A DNA stretch of 37,365 nucleotides from positions 1-37,365 of the forward strand of contig NW_021835924.1 of the NCBI RefSeq assembly GCF_006345805.1. The letters are read 5' to 3'. Made by a program: the position numbers and the translations under genes. Below are positions 34,631 through 37,365 of this stretch, piece after piece. Every line of letters begins with the position of its first letter. The first letter of the stretch is position 1. The stretch is from Octopus sinensis. Lineage: Eukaryota. Under the pieces are notes generated by a model. The model did no database searches. It saw only the letters and a program-made list of their open reading frames with translations, and had not been told where the DNA came from.

Positions 34631-35377
34631 CACTTTGTATATATATATATATGTATAGTGAGTGAGAGAGAGGATAGATGGATGAATGGATGGATAGATA
34701 GACAGACAGACAGACAGACTGACAGACAGACAGACAGGCAGATAGATAGATCAGTTATTTTAAAAAATACAGTTATTTTGAAATATTTTGTCGTTGTCAA
34801 AGTTGCCTATGTTTTTCTTTTATTTAGCTCACCCACAAAAGACAACAGAAGGAAAATTGTTTTTTCTCAGCACCTCCTATTTCTAAATTATCTCCAACAA
34901 TAAAGAACTTACTATTGTTTCGACACACAGACACACACAGTGTTTATTCCAGGGATAACAAATTTGAAGAACTTCCGCTTTTTGTTCAATATTTCTCGTG
35001 AGAAATAAATTTATATTGGAGAAGATAATAATAATGGTTTCTTTTATTGGTTACAGAGACCTAGAACAGTAGAAGGACGAAATATATAAACAGCGTGGTG
35101 GGAGGCAGGTTCCGAGAAAGTAGTACAGTACAGCTAGTTGCGCTCTTGAACGAGTATGGCTTTGTAACGTGTACCATGCTTTCGCTAATTCTTTTAGGTG
35201 CGTGTGTAGTCACAAGCAACATAGAAACACTCTCGTCTCTCTCATCCTTGACTTATCAGAACACTGAGGATGTGAGAACGGGAGGATGAAGGACTGCACC
35301 AGCACTCTGCTGGTGCTCGTTTACAGTTGAGCAAACTGGAACCGCGTGGAATGAAGTGTCTTGTTGATTCCACCTAA

Positions 35378-35498
35378 GCTGTGACTCCAGGTTCAGTTCT
35401 ACTGCACGGCACCTTGGGTAAGTATCTTCTACTATAGCCCTGGGCCGAGCAAAGCGTTGTGAGTGGATTTGGTAGACGAAACCTGAAAGATGCCTGTC

Positions 35499-35500
<2 letters not shown>
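35378..35500 (+). mobile_element. SINE family A head fragment
   Basis: GGTTCAGTTC..CACCTTGGGTAAG..CTGAAAGATGCCTGTCG. Confidence 0.8.
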
Positions 35501-35568
<68 letters not shown>

Positions 35569-35571
<3 letters not shown>

Positions 35572-35870
35572 AAATAGTAAAAAGTGAAAAGACTACAGAA
35601 GGCTTGTTTTAAAAGGTTAAAAAATAATATTTGAGTCAATATGTCTGAGAATATTATAAATTTTTTCTTACAATGACATAGTTTAGAACTCTTCTCACAT
35701 AAACATAACGACGTAAGAAATTTGAAAAGCTAAACGCGAAACCGGTCATTTCTTCTAAATATGTCATTGTAAGAAAAAAATTATAATATTCTTCAGACAT
35801 ATTGACTCAATATAATTTTTTAACCTTTTAAAACAAGCTTCTGTAGTCTTTTCACTTTTTACTATTTTCT
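35569..35870. mobile_element. Inverted-repeat PLE-like remnant (family P2), ~120-bp arms with a 64-bp asymmetric spacer
   Basis: 35569-35688 is the reverse complement of 35753-35870. A hammerhead motif lies in the spacer. Confidence 0.8.
35715..35754 (+). ncRNA. Minimal type I hammerhead ribozyme motif, degenerate core
   Basis: AAGAAAT-TTGAAAA-GC-taaac-GC-GAAA-CCGG-TC^ATTTCTT, with a perfect 7-bp stem I, a palindromic stem III (ACCGGT) and a GUC site. The core differs from CUGANGA at C3 and G8, so this copy is probably inactive. Confidence 0.7.
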
Positions 35871-36011
35871 ATATATTCAACCACGTGCTTTCACAAACCA
35901 ACTTTCTCATCTATATATATATATATGTACATATGTATGTGTGTGTGGTGTGTGTGTGTGTGTATGCATATATGTATGTATGTTATATATATATACATAC
36001 ATACACACACA

Positions 36012-36063
<52 letters not shown>

Positions 36064-36073
36064 TATATATAAG

Positions 36074-36115
<42 letters not shown>

Positions 36116-36116
<1 letters not shown>

Positions 36117-36206
36117 CGACAGGCTTCTTTCAGGTTTCGTCAACCAAATCCACTCACAACGCTTTGCTCGGCCCAGGGCTATAGTAGAAGATACTTGCCC
36201 AAGGTG
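36116..36206 (-). mobile_element. SINE family A fragment; inverted duplicate of 35410-35500
   Basis: 3 mismatches in 91 bp, with shared non-consensus variants. Confidence 0.85.
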
Positions 36207-36506
36207 AAGCTGTGTCTGTAGAACTTATTGCAAAGTAGTAATACTCCTCTGGTGCTGCTCCATGAGGACCTTTGGAAACTGCTCCAATTTCTGGATATTT
36301 CAGCTAACCAAAAGACACTGGCCAAGAAGTCAGTTATTAAACATTCTACCGATTAATAATATTGAAATGGAAATTATGAACAAATCTAAATCTTAATGTC
36401 TAAGGTCACCTGGTCAACGCAGATTCTGGACTTAAACCAGTTTAAATTTTTACATCGGAGTCTAACTGGTCAACAGGCAAAATCTGGGCCTTTGTTACCC
36501 CGCAAT

Positions 36507-36700
36507 CGCTTGACAACCATTACTGGTGTGTTTATGGACCCGTATCTTAGCGGTTCGGCAAAAGTGAACCATAAAATAAGTACTAAGCTTACAGATAATA
36601 AGTCCTGAGATCGATTTCATTCGACTAAAACCCTTTAAGGTAGTGCTCCAGCATGGCCAAAGTCAAATGACTGAAACAATTGACAGAATGAAAAAATAAG
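36507..36700 (+). mobile_element. SINE family A tail fragment (old)
   Basis: GCTTGACAACC..GGTGTGTTTA..CTTAGCGGTTCGGCAAAA..CCAGCATGGCC..AAATGACTGAAACA. Confidence 0.8.
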
Positions 36701-36868
36701 AGACTAAAAGCAGACCAGTTAACACACACACACACACTCACACACACATACACTCACACACACACACACAAGGAAGCAAACAAACCAAGGAACAAACAAA
36801 CAAAACAACGAACAAACATTCATACACACAAACATACACGCTCTATCTGTAAGGAATAGTAGGCTAAT

Positions 36869-37180
36869 TCTATTTATTTACGCGCCCTTTTCAAGCCTAG
36901 TCGGGCTCATGGGCCCGGTTTCCCAGTTTCTGTGGTGTATGTGTTCCCCCCAGCTGGTTGGGACGCCAGTCTATCGCAGCGTTACTCAAGAAACATAAGA
37001 AAGAGTGAGAGAAAGTTGGGGCGAAAGAGTACAACAGGGATCACCACCACCCCCTGCGAGAGCCTCGTAGAAATTTAGATGTTTTCGCTCAATAAACACA
37101 CACAACGCCCGGTCTGGGAATCGAAACCGCGATCCTCCGACCGCGAGACCGCTGCCCTAACCACTGGGCCATTGCGCCTC
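36869..37180 (-). mobile_element. SINE family C, full length, with a 12-bp TSD
   Basis: The head is GAGGCGCAATGGCCCAGTGGTTAGGG..GGTTTCGATTCCC. The TSD TAGTAGGCTAAT is at 36857-36868 and 37181-37192. Confidence 0.92.
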
Positions 37181-37365
37181 TAGTAGGCTAATCCTTTTCA
37201 TATTTTTATTCAGGTCTTCGGATCTTTTTTTTTTCCGATCAGAATTTTTGAAATTTTAAAATTGGGTCTTTTCGGTTTGAACGGCAGTTTTTAACATAAT
37301 TTCTAGGTAACTAAAAACTTTTAAACTTCGTATACTGATAGAATGTGTTTATAAAACAGCTTTTT

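Noticed and set aside
37225-37365. Repeat-like sequence at the window edge
   Set aside because: It is truncated by the window, with no terminus or second copy to support a call.

Overview
This is a 37.4 kb repeat-saturated, AT-rich eukaryotic window. It is most likely octopus/coleoid cephalopod intergenic or intronic DNA, inferred from the tRNA-derived SINE families and the very high microsatellite density. I found no host protein-coding exon, tRNA/rRNA gene or CRISPR array, and nearly all ORFs in the track are microsatellite translations. The real content is mobile DNA. (1) A full-length but frameshifted ~5.35 kb Tx1/L1-clade LINE (16137-21485) with a perfect 16-bp TSD sits inside the tRNA-like head of a SINE, which itself (15-bp TSD) interrupts a Ty3/gypsy pol remnant; the LINE's last ~42 nt match that SINE family's 3' tail, including a small stem-loop. 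(2) Four R4/Dong-like RLE LINE fragments cluster in (TAA)n arrays at 12.2-15.15 kb. (3) There is a full-length decayed DD36E Tc1 element (33144-34330) and a mariner-type 5' fragment. (4) A Helitron-like and an RTE-like non-autonomous element lie near the start. (5) There are many copies of three tRNA-SINE families, labelled A, B and C here. (6) Foldback structures cluster at 30.6-36.2 kb, and two of them carry type I hammerhead ribozyme motifs of the Penelope-like/retrozyme kind. All alignments were done by eye, and family names are inferences until searched.
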